A DNA stretch of 64,000 nt from Balamuthia mandrillaris (taxonomy: Eukaryota), in the NCBI GenBank assembly GCA_031835245.2, contig JAVKOQ020000097.1, positions 1 through 64,000 of the forward strand, given 5' to 3'. The notes below the pieces were generated by a model that saw nothing but the letters and a program-made list of their open reading frames with translations, was not told where the DNA came from and ran no database searches. The number at the start of each line of letters is the position of its first letter. Position 1 is the first letter of the stretch. Shown in pieces: positions 19,721-34,357 of this stretch. A program made the translations under genes and the position numbers.

Positions 19721-20978
19721 CCTGCTAGCAACGTAAACGATGTTATCAGCGATATCAGCACCAACGAGCGGGACGAGGCCCTTGTAAGTGGCTGCTGCCA
19801 TTGCAGTATCTCCCTTGTGCCTTACCACGCTGAACTCAGTTTCGACCAAGCCTATGGTTAATGTGGCCTCACAGTGAGCAACGGAGATTGATAAAAAGAA
19901 GGATAGCGAGAACCTGGAGAGATAGTGGTTACGCGAAGGCGCGTATTAACCACTTCTTTGCGCAAAGAGTCGGAAATGGCCTGAACGGCGTCTGTGCAAG
20001 TATGGAACACATTCAGTTGCATCCTGCTGACAGCTAACACAATGGTGAAAGAGGGGATCACTTACGTTTAGTGGCACAGTAAATGCTGCCTCCCCTGTAG
20101 GCTGTGCACATAGGAAGTAAGTTGGTACTAAGCTGGCAAAAAACTAAAAGAAAGAAGACAAAACAGAATTTGGAGAAGAGAGGACGTGGATGAGCGGTTA
20201 CCCTGTGTGCCAGCAACACTGTTTGAACAGAAACGATAGTGAGTGCCTCTGTTCATCGTTGTAAAGTGTTTTTTTTTTTGAAAAAAAAAAAAAAGGGAGA
20301 GCTTACCTGCTAACGTTGATGACGTGACCACTGTTGCGCTCCAGCATGGATGGCAGTATTCCTCGGATCAACCTCATCACACCGTACACGTTCGTGTTGA
20401 ACATTGTCTCCACATCTTCCTGTTTAACTGTGTTAACAACCATGTGCTCTTCTTCTTCTTGTTCTTCTTCTTGTTCTTCTTCTTCTTCTTCTTCTTCTTC
20501 TTCTTCTTCTTCTTCTTTTTCTTCTTCTTGGCTATTTTCTTAATTCTCAGGAAGTACCATTGGGGTAAGATGAGTGAGCTCCTTGCCCAAGGCGAGACCA
20601 GCATTGTTAACTAGGATGTCAACACCGGAGAGGTCCTCTGGGATGTTCTTCAAAGCGGTCGCTACGGACTCCTCGGAACACACATCGAGGGCGGTAATGT
20701 GCACTTTGACGCCGTGTTTCTGAGCAAGTTCCTCTTTTAAGGCCTCCAACCTCTCCACCCTTCGCGCGCCCAAGATCAGATGGCTTCCGCAAGCAGCAAA
20801 GTGTCGCGCAGCAGCAGCGCCAATACCGGCCGAAGCACCGGTGCTGAACAAAAGGTGTTGCGGTTTGTTGTGGTGAGGAATAGGAAAAATAAGGTTTAGA
20901 GAAGAGATAAAGAACTCACATCAACACAACTTTGTCCTTCAGCCTGGGATAGATGGTAAGTTCCTCTTGTGCTTGCAT
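19512..20978 (-). CDS. Short-chain dehydrogenase/reductase (YdfG-like NADP-dependent 3-hydroxy acid dehydrogenase)
   Basis: [26 protein letters not shown] catalytic motif, [14 protein letters not shown], and a terminal [10 protein letters not shown] motif. Confidence 0.9.
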
Positions 20979-21425
20979 GTTGGTTTTTTACGCTTCGACC
21001 ACTTGCTTTGCTTACTGGTGGGTGGTTGGCCTTTTTGGGCAGTGGTAAACCTGTTGTCCGGCTGGTTGTTTTTTTTTTTCCGCCTCCTTTGCTCTCTCTC
21101 TCTCTCTTTTTCGTTTGCTTTTTCTCCAGCCGCCTTCCCTCCTTACATTACCTTCTTACGTCAGCTGGGCAAGCAGCAGAAGGAAACAACCCTGTTGTGT
21201 TTGGAGGTCAACCACACCGGGTTGGGGAGCATGATGATGATGATGCAACAGCCAGCCAACAAAGCGATTTGGGTTTTGTTGAGCTCTTCTTGAGAGGGGA
21301 GGATTGCTCAGTTTGGTTGAATTTCCAGCAGAAGTGCATCCCATTACTTTCTTCTTTCGGCTTTTGCTGCCGGCAACAACAACGACAGCCCAGAGAGAAA
21401 GAAGCATCCCACCGCAATATGTGAA

Positions 21426-22700
21426 ATGGGAGGCGTTCATTATCATTGGTGGTGGTTTGTCTCTTGAGCAACAGGAAAGTTGGGCTTACATCTCCTTACT
21501 CACCAACAATAAGCGAGACGCGCGGAGAGACAGCATGCAGCAAAGGCGTCTTGGCAGTTGTAGGCGTGGTTAGCGCGCTGTTTGTGGTCTGCGGCACCTT
21601 CTTGCAACTACAACCACCGCCAGCCTGCCCAGAAGCAACGATTCTCTCCCCTCTGGCCCCCGTTCAACCCCACATCGGCCCTGCAGTACTAATAGCACCC
21701 CCTATGCCTTCATGGGGCCATCTTCAGGAACGGAAATGGGAGGAGGAAAAGGCTGGCAGAGAGCCAGAGGCCTTTGACTTGCTGCGCATATACTGGCAAT
21801 GTCCTGCAATGGGCTTTGAATCTCTTTCTGTCCAAGGCGCGCGTTGCACCTGACGTGGACTTTTTCTTTTGGCATCACGATGGGCCGCTTTCTGTTGAGT
21901 TAGATGCACCAGCCTGGGGACCCGTACCACTGGCCAGCGCGGAAAGCAACTTTCCCTTCGTAATAGGCCAGAGCATAGACACTCCGTCCCGCCTTGCAAC
22001 TGAGCTGTTGCAAAACTCAAAAATCCTTCCAACAGACGCTACAGGATCGGGCTGGAGGTTCCGTTCGAGCAGAAGAAACGGCAGGCGGTGTGGAGAGGAT
22101 CCACAACGGGAGGCCGCTACACGGCGGACAACTGGAAAGACAAGCTTCGCACCAAGCTGGTTCTCTTCTCACAGCAATATCCTGATTTGTTGGACGCTGG
22201 CTTCACAGGGTTTGTGCAAACATCTAAAGAGGCTCGACAAGAAATGAGAGAGCTTGTGATTGCGCCCATGCCCATGGAAACGCAATGCCGCCAATACCGG
22301 GCGCTAGTGGTGGTGGACGGCAACTCTTCTCCGGACCGATTGGCCCGGCAGATAGCCTGTGGGACATCCGTGGTGCTCTGGCAAATATCCAATTTCCCTC
22401 CGCCCCTGGGTCCACTACGTGCCTCTTCGTCCTGATCTGGAGGAGCGTTTACGGTTGGTTTTGGATGACAGCCCACGGACTGTTGAATGGATGAAAGCTA
22501 TAGCAAGGGGTGGGCGGGATTTTATCCTCCACCGTCTCTCTCCTTCCATGATCAAGTGTCATTGGTTGGAGTTTCTCCACTCCCTGGCCTCCATCACTCC
22601 GCCGCGCTCTGTGGAGTCTGAGGAACTCACCGGTGACGGTTGGCAAAAACTGGCAATTGGTTGTTGGGCTATTTATTGTACAAAGTCCTTGGTTCTGTTA
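21426..22700 (+). pseudogene. Glycosyltransferase family 90 (CAP10 domain), frame-disrupted
   Basis: PDVDF, AVWRGSTTG, DAGFT, YRALVVVDGNS...DRL and LRPWVHYVP lie in successive different frames without usable introns. End is approximate. Confidence 0.7.
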
Positions 22701-22990
22701 CTTTTTTTTCCTTTTTTTTTTCAAAAAAATACGTGTGCAAACCCCAGCAGTGCTCCACAAAACAGCCGCAATCTCTTCGTGAAAGCGACAGAGATAAAGT
22801 TTCAAAGAGTTTTTGAGGACAGAATTATAATCATATTGATAGCAATACAAATGCAAAGAGAAAGAGAAGAAAGAAGTTGCAACTACAAAAGTCAAAGAAA
22901 GGAAGAAAAAAAAAGAATAAGAAAAACAAAGGCGTGCCAAAAAAAAAAGTGAGAAACAGGCAGCAGAGAAATGGAGCTTCATCATGCTAA

Positions 22991-25900
22991 CTACTTGTTC
23001 TTTCCCTGATAACCAGCCTTGTTGAGATTGGTGTAAAGCTCTCTGGCCTGCTGCAACTCCTTCTCCAGCTTGATCATCTTCTGCTGTGCCTTGAGCCTCT
23101 TCATCCTCTCAGCGACCTGGTTCATGTCATCAAAGTCGCCGGCGGTGGTGATCATGGAAGGCTCGTTCAAGCTGATGCCTGCCTTCTTGGCGGCGTCCAC
23201 CAACATCTGTGTGGCGGCGGCGACGGCCTTGGATGCAGCGGCCAAGTTCTTGTGAGAGTCGGAGAAGGGGTCGGACTTGGCACGAGAGGCGGCCATCAAA
23301 CGGGCGGTGGAGGCGGCAACCTGCTTGGCGGCAGCAATGAGGATGTCCTCGTCCTTGCCTTCCTCCTTCTTGACAAAGCCGTTGGCGGAAGAGACAAGAT
23401 CCTGCGTGGTGCCACCGACCTCTTGGGCGGCGGAGATAAGACCGTTGGCCCAAGCAGGATCTTTCCTGTAAAAGTGTTTGGTCTTGGGATCGCGACGCTT
23501 GCGGATTCGCTCAGCCTGGGCAGAGGTGGCGGCGCGCACAAGGGCGGCGGTGGCATCGGTGATGGCTTTGGCGGCTTCCAGGATGGCCGCGTTGATATCC
23601 TGCTCGTCGAGGGTGTCGGTCTTGACCTTCTTGGGACGGGCCTCCAGCAATCGCTTGGCGGCCTCCTCGATCATTCTGGCTGCCTTCTGCAGCTCCCTCT
23701 CGCAAAGGGCCTCCAGGTCCTCGCCTTCGTCCTCCCAAAGGCCACGCAGCTTCTCTCCGCCGGGCAGCCGCCTCGCAGCGCCAACGATCTCCATGATCTT
23801 GTCGGCCACCTTCTCCGATAGGCTCGAGATGTGCTTCTGCGACTCGGCCGTGTCCTTGGCTGTCTTGGCTGCCTCCAGCAAGGCCAGCGTGTTCTCAGCA
23901 CAGCTCTGCAGGGCTCTATCCAAATCGGAGAGAACTGACGAATCTTGAGTGAGCTTACTGGCTCCGCGGCACGCCGCAATCAGGCTGCACATGCCCTCTC
24001 CGGAAGACTTGGCGGCAGAGACAAGCCCTTCATTGTCGCTGGTGCATGTGGACACGATGTTACCGGACGCGCTGGCCAAGACCTTGGCAGAGTTGAGGAT
24101 GTCCTCCGGCGCAGCGCCCCTCTGTCCAGGCCAGCTCTCCTTCTCGTAGTGTTGCTGCTGTTGCTGAATGGCGCTGATGGCCTTCTCCAGCTCTCGGATG
24201 CCCTTCACAACAGCGGCGGAGGCGTTCTCGGACACTTGAACCAACTCCTGAATGGCATTGAGGCAAGCCTTGGAGGAGTCGGCCAGCTTCTTCTGGGTAG
24301 CGGCATCGCCCTGAGTCATGGCCTCCTTGCTGCTCAGCACCAAGGATTGGGAGGCGATGGCAGCTGCCTTGGAGGCCGTCAACACGTCCTGTTGGGAGAT
24401 CAAGTCGCTCATCAGGGAGGCCACTTCCTTGCTGGCCTTGCCTACACTCTCCATCTCCGAAGCGAACTGCTTGAAGCTGTTGCCCAGCTCTTCCTGGCCC
24501 TTGCTGCCGGCACTGCCGCTGTGCTTCTGAACGAGTTGAGCAGCAGCGCTGAGTTTCTTGGCGGCTGCGCTGAGCTTCTGTTGGCAGCTGTCCAAGGTCT
24601 CGCCACGAGCCAATGGCACATCCAGTTGACCAGCTAAATTATTCAGTTAGAATTGTGTTTTGTGTAGACCCAAATGAGAAAAATACGAAAGCATACCGGT
24701 GGCAGCAGCGAAAAGAGAAGCAGCATCAAGATCAGCAATGGTGCCTTGAATCTTACTCAAAGCAAGTTCGGCATCACGCTCAAGGGTGGCACCGGCCTTG
24801 ACGGCGTTCAACAAGTCGGCGATGGCCTGAGTGACGTTCCTCTGCGCCTCCGACATAGATTGGATGGCGTTTTCGTTCTTGGGATCTGCAGCCACATTTT
24901 TAGCAGCAGAGACGGCGTTTCTCGAGGCCAAAACGACTCCCTTTCCTGTGGCAAGCAGACGAGCCTTGACTTCCTCCTCGTTTGTGGCATTGGAGGTGGT
25001 GTTGATGGCGGCAATCAACTGCGGTACAACCGCCGACAGAGCCTTGGTGCTATCCCCAATGCTCTCAGGGTCGTTCTTGGCGGTGTTGCAGAGAGTGGAG
25101 ATGCTGGCCACAATGCCACGAGCTTGATTGTTGAGCTCGTCGGAGGCCTGAGCGTAGCTCTTGTTGGACCTAGCTCCTCTACCAAGCTCCGAGATGGCGG
25201 CATCGATGGCAGCCATAGCCTCGTCGCAAGCACGCAATCCCATGACTCCTCCCTTCAAGCTGGAGACGAGCTCAGTAATGGCGTTGGAGATAGTGCGTGC
25301 GGTCTCGGCAAGGTTGGCCAGTACAGCAGCGTCATGAGGGTTGCCGCTGGTGTCCTTGGCGGCGCGGACCAAATGCAACATTGCGTCTATCATGTTCTTG
25401 GCAAGGTTCAACTGGTTCTGTTGGGTATCCGAGTCGGTGGTAGTTGCTGCCAGGCATTTGGCGCTGTCGACTATCTTTGGCACCACAATTGTTGTCGCGG
25501 TGGCAGCTCCTCCCAAATCCTTTATTTTATTTTAGTGAAAAAAGTATTCATAAGTAAAGAAAAGAAAAGAAAAGAAAACAAAGAAAGGAAAGGGGGAAAG
25601 GGATAGGCACCTCTGGTTTGCTCTTGGCGGCGGTAACCAATTGGCCAGTAACATTGGCCAAATCTCGAGAAAGAGCGATGAGCTGTTCCTTGCATTGCTG
25701 GTTGGTCATGCCTCGCGTATTCACGTCCAACAGGCCAACAGTGGCATTGATAGCAGCAGCGTCCAGGTCACCAATGGCACGCTGAATGGCATCAATGGCC
25801 TCCTTGCATTCTTTGTCACCGTAGGTAAGGTTCTCCACGGCTTGGATCAACTGCTTGATAGCGTCGATGGTGGATTTGGAGGTAAGAGATAGCTTGGTTT

Positions 25901-28900
25901 GGGCGGCGGCGTCCTTAGGACGGCCGGATACTACTTTCAAGATGTCAATCATCTTGTTGGTTTCCAAAGCGACCGAACGCGCAGCTTCCAACAAAGGCCT
26001 AAAGTCCATTTCACCGTTAGTCTTCTTGTAGGCAAGCACTGCCTTGATTGCTGGCTCCAAAGCTGATTTTTTTCGCAAACAACGAGTGAGACTGATAAGG
26101 TCCAATAACTAATGCAAAGAGAAAAAGCACATACACTTGACGACGGCTTGCAGTTTTTGTTCAGCGCCAGGTTGTTTTCGACTGACTAGTTTGGCGGTCG
26201 CAGCAATCTCCTTTGTGGTGTTGACGGCTTGTTCGGCGGCAGTGATGAGCTGTCGACGAGCATTTGCGTCTTTCTCCTTCTGTGCAGCCTTCTTAACGTT
26301 GGAGACCATGCCCGTGGCATCTCTGGTGAGTTCCTTTGCGCCTTCAACCACCGCGGCAGTGTCTTGCGTATCGGAGATAACAGCCGCTGTATCCGTCTCA
26401 ATCTTGTAGGTGGATAGCAAGATAACGGCAGGAGGATCAGCTGAAGCTGCATCTTTGCTAGCGTCTACGATGTCCGAAACCGAATCAGCAGCTTCTTTTG
26501 AGTAAGGACCGAGTTTCTCCGGAAAGTTTCTGGCGGAGGCCACAATTCTTCCAATGGAGTCCACCAACTTACGGGCTATTAGTAGCCAGAGAATGTATTA
26601 TAGCTTCGGGTAGGAGGAGAGCAAGAGAGGAGAGAGAGAACTTACCAGCATCAGAAATCTCACGAAGGTGAACTTGAGGATTGTCAGTCTCCAAGCCAGG
26701 CTTCAACATGCGTCCTATAGCAGAGGTGATAACCTCTTGGGCGTCCATCATGTCCTTCTTGCCAGGTACTCCCGCGTCCACGGCTTTGAGCAAGCTCTCA
26801 ATGTCAGCCTTGACAGCCTTAACTGAGTTGGAGAGTTCCTGGTCCTTAGTGGCATCACCGGGGCTAGCTGTGACTGCTTTGGCCACAGAGAGCACAGCAG
26901 TGGTGTCCTCCGCCAATTGTTTACCGGCAGCCAAAATGTTGGCGCTGGTAGTCTGATCGGGGGCTTTGCCGGCGGCGTTGTTGGTGGTCTTCAAAACAGG
27001 AGGGATGGTGCTGGCGGTAAGACTGGCAGAGGCACCCAGATCCTTGGGGTGGTTGCGAGCGTTGTCAGCCACTTGGGTTACAGCTGATTCGAGGGCCTTG
27101 CAGCAGGCAGCCAGCTCTTCGGCCAACTCTTGCATGTCGGCATTGCTGGAGCCGATGCCGTTCAGCAACTCAAGGGCGTGCTGCATGATCTGCTCTCCGG
27201 CGGTGTCGCATTCCTCGCTTCCAGCACCGGCGTTGGTGGCAGCTAACAACAGCTGATCGATAGCATTGTCAGACTCTGCGAAGGCCACATTCATCACCGA
27301 GTTAAGGTCATTGTCGGAGGGGTTATTGCTGACGGCACGACCGGCGTTGATGAGCTTCTGTACGGCAGCAGCCACTTCAGCAGCAGCAGATAGGATCTTG
27401 GTTTGTACTCTCTTGGAGTCGGTGGTGGAGGCGACGGCTTTGCTGGCACCAAATACCTGGCCGAGAGCGGAGGTAGTAGCTTTGGCAGGAGGGCCCATGG
27501 CTTGAGGGGACACCTTGGCGGCATCGGTGAGTTGGTTAGTGGCTTCTTTGAGCTGCTCACAAGCAATTTTGAGAGCGGACATGGCACCCTCTCTGGTCTG
27601 TCCAGCAATGGGTTCGAAGGAACCATCCTGAGCGCTGATGAGAGCGTGTTCGAGATCAGCTTGGTAGGCAGCAAAGTCCTCCAAAGCTTGATCGACTTCC
27701 ATGTGGCCGTCTGCCTCTTTGACCGCTTTGATGGCTTCCATGAGCTTGCGAAGAGCATCAGAGACGTTGGCAGCGGCTTGGTTCAGATTTTTCTTTTGTT
27801 GCATGTCTTTGACCTTGGGCACGACGGCACGAGCAGTGGCCACCAAACCGGCAGAGGGCTTGGCAACAGCCATCGCCGATTCGATGAGCTTCTTGTTGTA
27901 CCTTTCGTCCACTGGATTGAGCCAGGAGTTTTTGATACTTTCTACCAATTCACGAACAGCCTTGGCCGCAACTTGAAAGAGGGGAAAAAATGGGTCAGTA
28001 AAAAAGAGTCTGACGAGAGTTCAAAAGGAAAGGAAAAACAAAGGTACCTGGAACAGCAGCACCCACGTTAGACTGTCCTTCCGTATCCAGATCACCATAA
28101 ACACCCTTGGAATGTGCCACCAAAGAACTAGTCGCAGCAGCGGCAGCCTTGGAAGCAGAACGAAGTCCGTTCAAGGCTGCAGCCTTGGTGGTGGTATCTC
28201 CAAGCATGTTACGGGTGGCTTCTGCCACGCGGGCAGCAGCCTCCCTCAACGCTCTATGCTTGTCAGTGTTGGCTGGGTCTTGTGCCGAAGGCGCCACGCT
28301 CTGCAACATCTCACGGGTGGCGTTGGCCACGGCAGTCACTCCCTCCAAGAGACGGTCCTTTTCCACTGGGTCCGAGTCCTTGGCAACGGCCTTGGCAGCG
28401 CTGATAAGACTGGCGGAGGAGGTGGAGACAGCTCTGCTGGCAGCTACGATCTGGTCGGCATTGCCCTCTGAGCTCATGAGCTGAGCCACTGCGTCTTGGA
28501 TTTCCAGAGCAGCATCGAACATTTTCTCCAAGTTGGCTTGTTTGCGAGTACCCACGCACTGTGTGGCGCTTACCAGTTGAGCAATGGCATCGCTCACATC
28601 TTTGCTGACCTTGGCAAGATCATTGCGGTACTTGGCATCCTTGACACCGTATTGGGTGGAAGAGATCAAGTGGCCACAAGCCTCGGTAAGAGCCTGAGCA
28701 GCAGACACCATGTACTTTTGGCACTGGGCGTCGGCAATGACTGGTGCCACACAATGTGCGGTGCCCTCCACTTTGGAGTTGCTGACCTCCACTTTGGCGG
28801 CTCCCGCCTTTTGGATGTTGCGAGTGCCCTCATCGGCATTGGCCACAGAGGCGTTGGAGGTGTTGAGGAGGTCCCTCGTGGCGGCAGCAACAGCTCGCGC

Positions 28901-29771
28901 CGACTCCAGTAAAAGGTTCTTGGAAGGGTCATCAGCCATGTTTCCGCAGGCAGTGGCGTTGAGAGCAGCGGAGGTAGCTTGCAGCAAGGAAGCAGCCTCG
29001 AAGAGATGAGCCCTGGAGAGGGCATTGGGGTTGTCAGCCATCTCTCCCGCTGCCACCATCAGCTTTCTAAGGGCGTCTGAGACAGCCTTAGCACCGTCCA
29101 AGAGACTGACATCACCGCCAGCAGCAGCGGCAGCCTGGCGAGCGGCACCGATAAGATGAGCAAGATTGATGGCCAGAGGTTGGGAGTGCTTATCGAGGTC
29201 TTCGCGAGTAGCCTGTCCCGTGGCAGCCTCCCGAATGAGCTCTCCAGCTGTCTCGGCCAACTTGTTGTTATACTTGGCAAGTAGAGAGCGCAGTTGTTCG
29301 GGAGACATTGCGCCATGCTTGCCGATGGGCAACGGAGACATAAGATCATTGAGCATGTCGAGGATAGCTCCGTCAGCATCGGAGAGGTTGGCGATGTTGC
29401 CCAACATTCCGGCAATGCCTGGTGATAGACCGGCTATTTGTCCGCCGTCGCTCAGAACGGAAGTTTGGCCGCCTTGTCCTCCAGAGCCGTCGTAGGTGGT
29501 GGTTGTGGTGCTGGCCATGGCTTGACCATGAACAGCTGCCACGTGTTCTTCTTCGGCTACTTCTCCTTCATCATCTTCAATGACCACTCCTCCGTCGTGT
29601 CGTCGTTTGAGGAGAATATCAATGTAACCGGCAAGAAGTTGGGACATGGCTTCTCCTTCATTTGTTTGCAGAGCCATGTATTCATCACGGTAGTCTCCAA
29701 AATCCAGAGTGAAGGAACTCGGACCTTGGAAACAAAAAAATACGTGTAAGCAAGCTGAGAGAGAGAGGAAG

Positions 29772-29802
<31 letters not shown>

Positions 29803-31164
29803 TACCAGCAGCCCATCGCTTTAAGTGAGTAAGGGGATGTTCTTCTTTTACGTGTTGGGACTCGGGATCAACACACAGGACACTATCTCTGGTAATACCT
29901 ATTTTTACCACGATAGACGTTAATTTAAACAAAATAAAAGCTGGAAGAAATGTTAAGTACCGAGAAGAATGGGTTCAAGCTTCTTTTTGCCTTTGGCCTT
30001 CCATCGGCAGCTGTAATAAGTAATACCGTAGGTCTTCAATGAGCGACATAGCTGTACGTAACGATACTTGGCGTTTGTGTCGCTCATGTTGCTCAAACCT
30101 TGCCATTCCCTCACGAGATCGGTGTAAATGTTCTTCAGCTTGCGATACTGCTTGGGCAGCACCTCGTCCATACGGTTGCTAGCCTTCATGAACAGCTTTG
30201 TGTGCTTGTCCGGAGAAAAGTTGCCATAAACGATCTGGCATTGCAAAGCAGCGAACTGGACGGCCTCCTCTTTGGTGGTTGGATGCCGACCAGAAACCAC
30301 TCCCTCGTGAGACTGGACGTAGACCAAGTGAAGCTGGATGGGATCAGCCATGTCGACGTTAGCGTCGTCCACGAAGAACTTTTTCTTCAAGCTAAGAATG
30401 GCTTCTTCGGGGACGCCTTGTTCTACTAGGCATTGTGCTGGGTTCAACCAGTTGGGTGTGCCTTTTGTACATATAGAGGTTATTTACGGTATTATCAGAG
30501 CAAAAAAAAAAAAACTTAGCCCGCACAAACCATCTTTCTTGCGGGCAGGACCCTGTGCGGCAGCTCCTTTCTTGCCCTTCTTCTTTCCTTTCTTTCCTGA
30601 GGAGGTTACAGCGGACATTGAATCCTCGTCCTGTTCCTCGTATGCCAAGGAGAACTCTTCAGGATTTCGGAGGCCCATTCGAATGCCGATCATCTCCACC
30701 AGCTCTGATACCGGCAGAGAGTCGTCAATGAGCACCGTTTTGATGGTGTCGTCCATCAACTTGATTTTCAGCGCTCTGTGTTTCTTTCTCAGTTCCAACG
30801 TTTCCTGTTATTATTGGTGTTTTTACACAAGTGATCAGAAGAAATACAGAAAAAAAGAACACGTAGTAACATCCTGAAACTACAGGAAAACGTAGCAACA
30901 CCACAAAATTAAAAAAAAAAAGAAAGAGGAGAGACGAACGCCAGCTTTGATGTCATAAAACTGTAGCGTGCGGTCGGGTTTGAGCCAGCGGGCATTGCGG
31001 CCGGATTCGGGGTCAGCGGGACGCATGAGGCCATGGTCGCGACCGCCCTCGCCGGTCTTGTCCTTGATCTCCTTCAGGGTTTCGGAGACGGACATGGTCT
31101 GCACGAACCTCATCGTTTTGGTGAGGCCCGTGGTCACGAAAAGAATCTTCAGCTGGAGAGACAT
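22991..31164 (-). CDS. TLN: Talin (FERM head, Ala-rich helical rod, C-terminal I/LWEQ actin-binding domain)
   Basis: F0/F1 domains; DPIQLHLVYVQ; YVQLCRSLKTYGITYY; SFTLDFGDY; QLLAGYIDILLK; long helical-bundle rod; DPAWANGLISAAQEV; dimerisation helix. No villin headpiece, so talin A-like. Confidence 0.97.
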
Positions 31165-31892
31165 TCTTGTGTGTGTGTACTTTGGTTCAAGGTGTGTTCA
31201 AAGATTTTCGCTCCAAAAAAAAAAAAAACAAAGAATGCTACGCTTTTTCTCTCCAAGGAGCAAAAAAAAAAGGAAGGAAGGAATGAGAGAGAGAAAAAGG
31301 AAGCAACGACTGAACTTGCTTGTTGTGGCTGGTGTGTGTGTGTGTGTGTGTTTTCAAACAAAAAATAAAGAAAAAGGGGAAAAAATTGGAGAAGTGGAGA
31401 GAAGCAAAAAATAAAAACAAAATAGAAAAGCCGTCAGTTTTGTCTCTGCCAAAAAAAAAACTTCACACACACAACACACAACAAACCTTTTGGCAGCCCG
31501 TCACAAGAACAAGTGCAAGTGAAAGATTCTTCTCGCTTCAGGCAAGCTGTTTTCAAGCCCCGTTGGGTCGTCGATATTTTTTTTTTTTCTATTCGCGCAC
31601 AGGTTATTTTACGCTCCCTCGCTCTCTTTCCAGCGGGCCAGAGAGTGGGTGAGGGTCGTTGTGCTAAACTTGTGTGGGTTAAGGAAAAGAAAAATGAAAA
31701 CCGATAAATTAAGCAAGGTTCATGTTATTTCGGTAAACGGAAAACAAAACGAGAACCAAGATTGATTGGACAGCGCAACCTGTTTTAATTCATGAGGACT
31801 AATTAATTCATGAGGATGTCGGGACATCTCAAATATCTTGCGTACCTCGCATTCTTCATATTTTTGCCGACAATGTGTCCACAAAAAATCCC

Positions 31893-33366
31893 TCATTGCT
31901 GCAGCGTTGTGTGCACTCGATGGAGCATGGCTTCCACTTCGGTGGCAAGAATGGCTTCCAGCCGTTGTTTCTCGGTGCGCTTCAAGGAGGGCAAGGAGAG
32001 GAGGCCAAACTTGGTGGCGCAGTACTCCGTGGTCGGGGCCACCGTCTTCCAGAGGCTCTTGTAGTACTCGTCCCTGGTGCTCATGAGCTCCTTGGAGAAG
32101 ACCTCCTCGAAAATGGAGCCAAGATTGCTGATTAGTTCCGTCTCACGAATACGCAAACGCATTGGTATTATGAATGACAATCCTTTTTGTTATTGAAACA
32201 ACCTGATGAGAAAACCGAGAGAGAGAGAGAGAGAGAAAGCGAGAAGTGTTACCGATCCAAAGACTAGCCAAAGCGAGCATGACAGGGAAAAAGAAGAGAG
32301 TGGGGTCGTAGAGGATATCGTCCACAAGACGAAGAGAAGGAAGGGGTGTTCCCTTCACTACCAAACCGAACTGGAAGCTAAACGCCGCGGAAAAAAGACA
32401 AAACAGGAATAACAACACCCAGTACTGCAGTCTTGTATACCAAAGCTTGTTGCGAGCAGCACTTATTACCTATCATTTTAAAATAGGAGTTTAGTGGTAG
32501 GCGTAAAGCAGCACAAACAAACAAATGAACTGAAAAAAATGTAAACAATAATAAAATGAAAAAAAAAACAGAAAACCAACACTAAAAATAAAATGAGATA
32601 AGCTCAAAAGAAAGGCGTACTTGTGAATGAATGAGTAGATGTTCAGTGTGTTTTCTCAGCTCAGTGATCATGTTGTCGGCATGACGAGAAGGAGCGCTCA
32701 TCACTTTCTTTACAATCTTACGCCGAGCCTTCTCAAACTCGGCCAAAGACCAAGAGCCATACGAGTTGTGTTGCGTACTGCTTTCTTTCACGCTTCCAGG
32801 CGTCGTTGTTGAATCGCCTTTGTTGTTCTTGCTGTTCTTTCGAGTAGGAGAGGGAGAGCGTGAATGAATGGCCATCCTAGATCGCGAGTCATCGCCGTCG
32901 TTTAAGTGATTTTGAGGAACGAATGTGGTGTAGATAAAAGGCATGTCTTTGTAGGGTATCACCTTGGCCAAGTTCCAACAGAGTGTGCCGTACGTTCGTA
33001 CAAAGTCTCCAATGTTTCGAAACGTATCCACCTGGGAAACAAAGCCATCAGAAAAAGAAAAGAAACAAGAGAAAAGGATTGGCGTTGAAAGTACAAGAGA
33101 AAGCAAATACGAAATCAAGCAGGTACCTTGTTCATGAGAATAAGCAGCTTATGGTCGATGCCAGTAAGAGATTCGGTAAAGACTTTCAGCGTCTCGCCAG
33201 TGGTACCTGGCTTTTCGCCGTCAAAGAAGAACAAAACATAGTCAGCCCGTTGAGCAAACCACCGCACCGCCCCTTGAAAGTCATAACCACGTCCTTCTTC
33301 TCCAACAGAATCGATCATACCTGGTGAATCCACCTTTCAAAAAAAATACACACTGTAAGCTCAAGG

Positions 33367-33405
<39 letters not shown>

Positions 33406-33649
33406 TGGAAGGAGAAGAAGAAACTAACCAATGTGACGTCTTTTAGCAATGGATGAGGAAGAAACTTCATCTTCAGATGCTCCACAAATTGTTCGCCAAT
33501 GTTGCTGAGAGAGGTATAAGGTAGCTTGGTGTTATTTACGATGGCAGGACCCAGTTGCTCATCCCGGTTTTTGCCGTAACAAATTAAAGTAAAGCCGTCA
33601 TCCATTGGAGCCTTGGTTGTGAATGAGTGAGCTAGCGAGAAAGAGAGAG

Positions 33650-33680
<31 letters not shown>

Positions 33681-33794
33681 CGAAATTACCTGTCCAGTTG
33701 TCTGAAGTTCTATTTCATCAAGAAGGTAGTTGATAAACGTAGATTTGCCAGACGAGTGGTTTCCTATTCCAAAGGTTAGTAGGTAAGAAAGCGC

Positions 33795-33844
<50 letters not shown>

Positions 33845-34307
33845 GAACAAAGACAAGAAGAACATACCAAGAAAAACGACCATTGGTGGAGAGAATATTT
33901 CTCCTTTGGAAGGCGGCGTACGAAACTTGAAATTGGCGCCAACCACGTCTATTATATCTCGGTAAATGTTGTTGACTTGTTGCATGGTGTCCTCCAACAG
34001 AGTGGTTATACTGGTGGTCCTGCCTTCGCCAGAGTCATTGACAACAGTGGCAGTGGTAGGGTCCACTTGTTCCTTTTCTTTGGGAGGAGGTTGTTGGGCC
34101 GGAGGCTGCGAAGGATCCGTTTTCTTGGCTACGGGCGAGGCAGTGTTGTTATTATTGTTGTTTCCCTTGTTGCGGTTCTTACGCCTTCGTACGGAAGATG
34201 TTCCTCCTGCCGCATTATTGGTAGGCTCGCTTTGCTGGAGAAAGATAGAAAAGAAGCGAGAGCAAACTCGTTTCAGCGTCCATGCGAGATCCATGACCGG
34301 CACGATG

Positions 34308-34357
<50 letters not shown>

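Noticed and set aside
23070..30877. Long plus-strand ORFs opposite talin
   Set aside because: Antisense shadows of a GC-rich, codon-biased gene, with no recognisable motifs.
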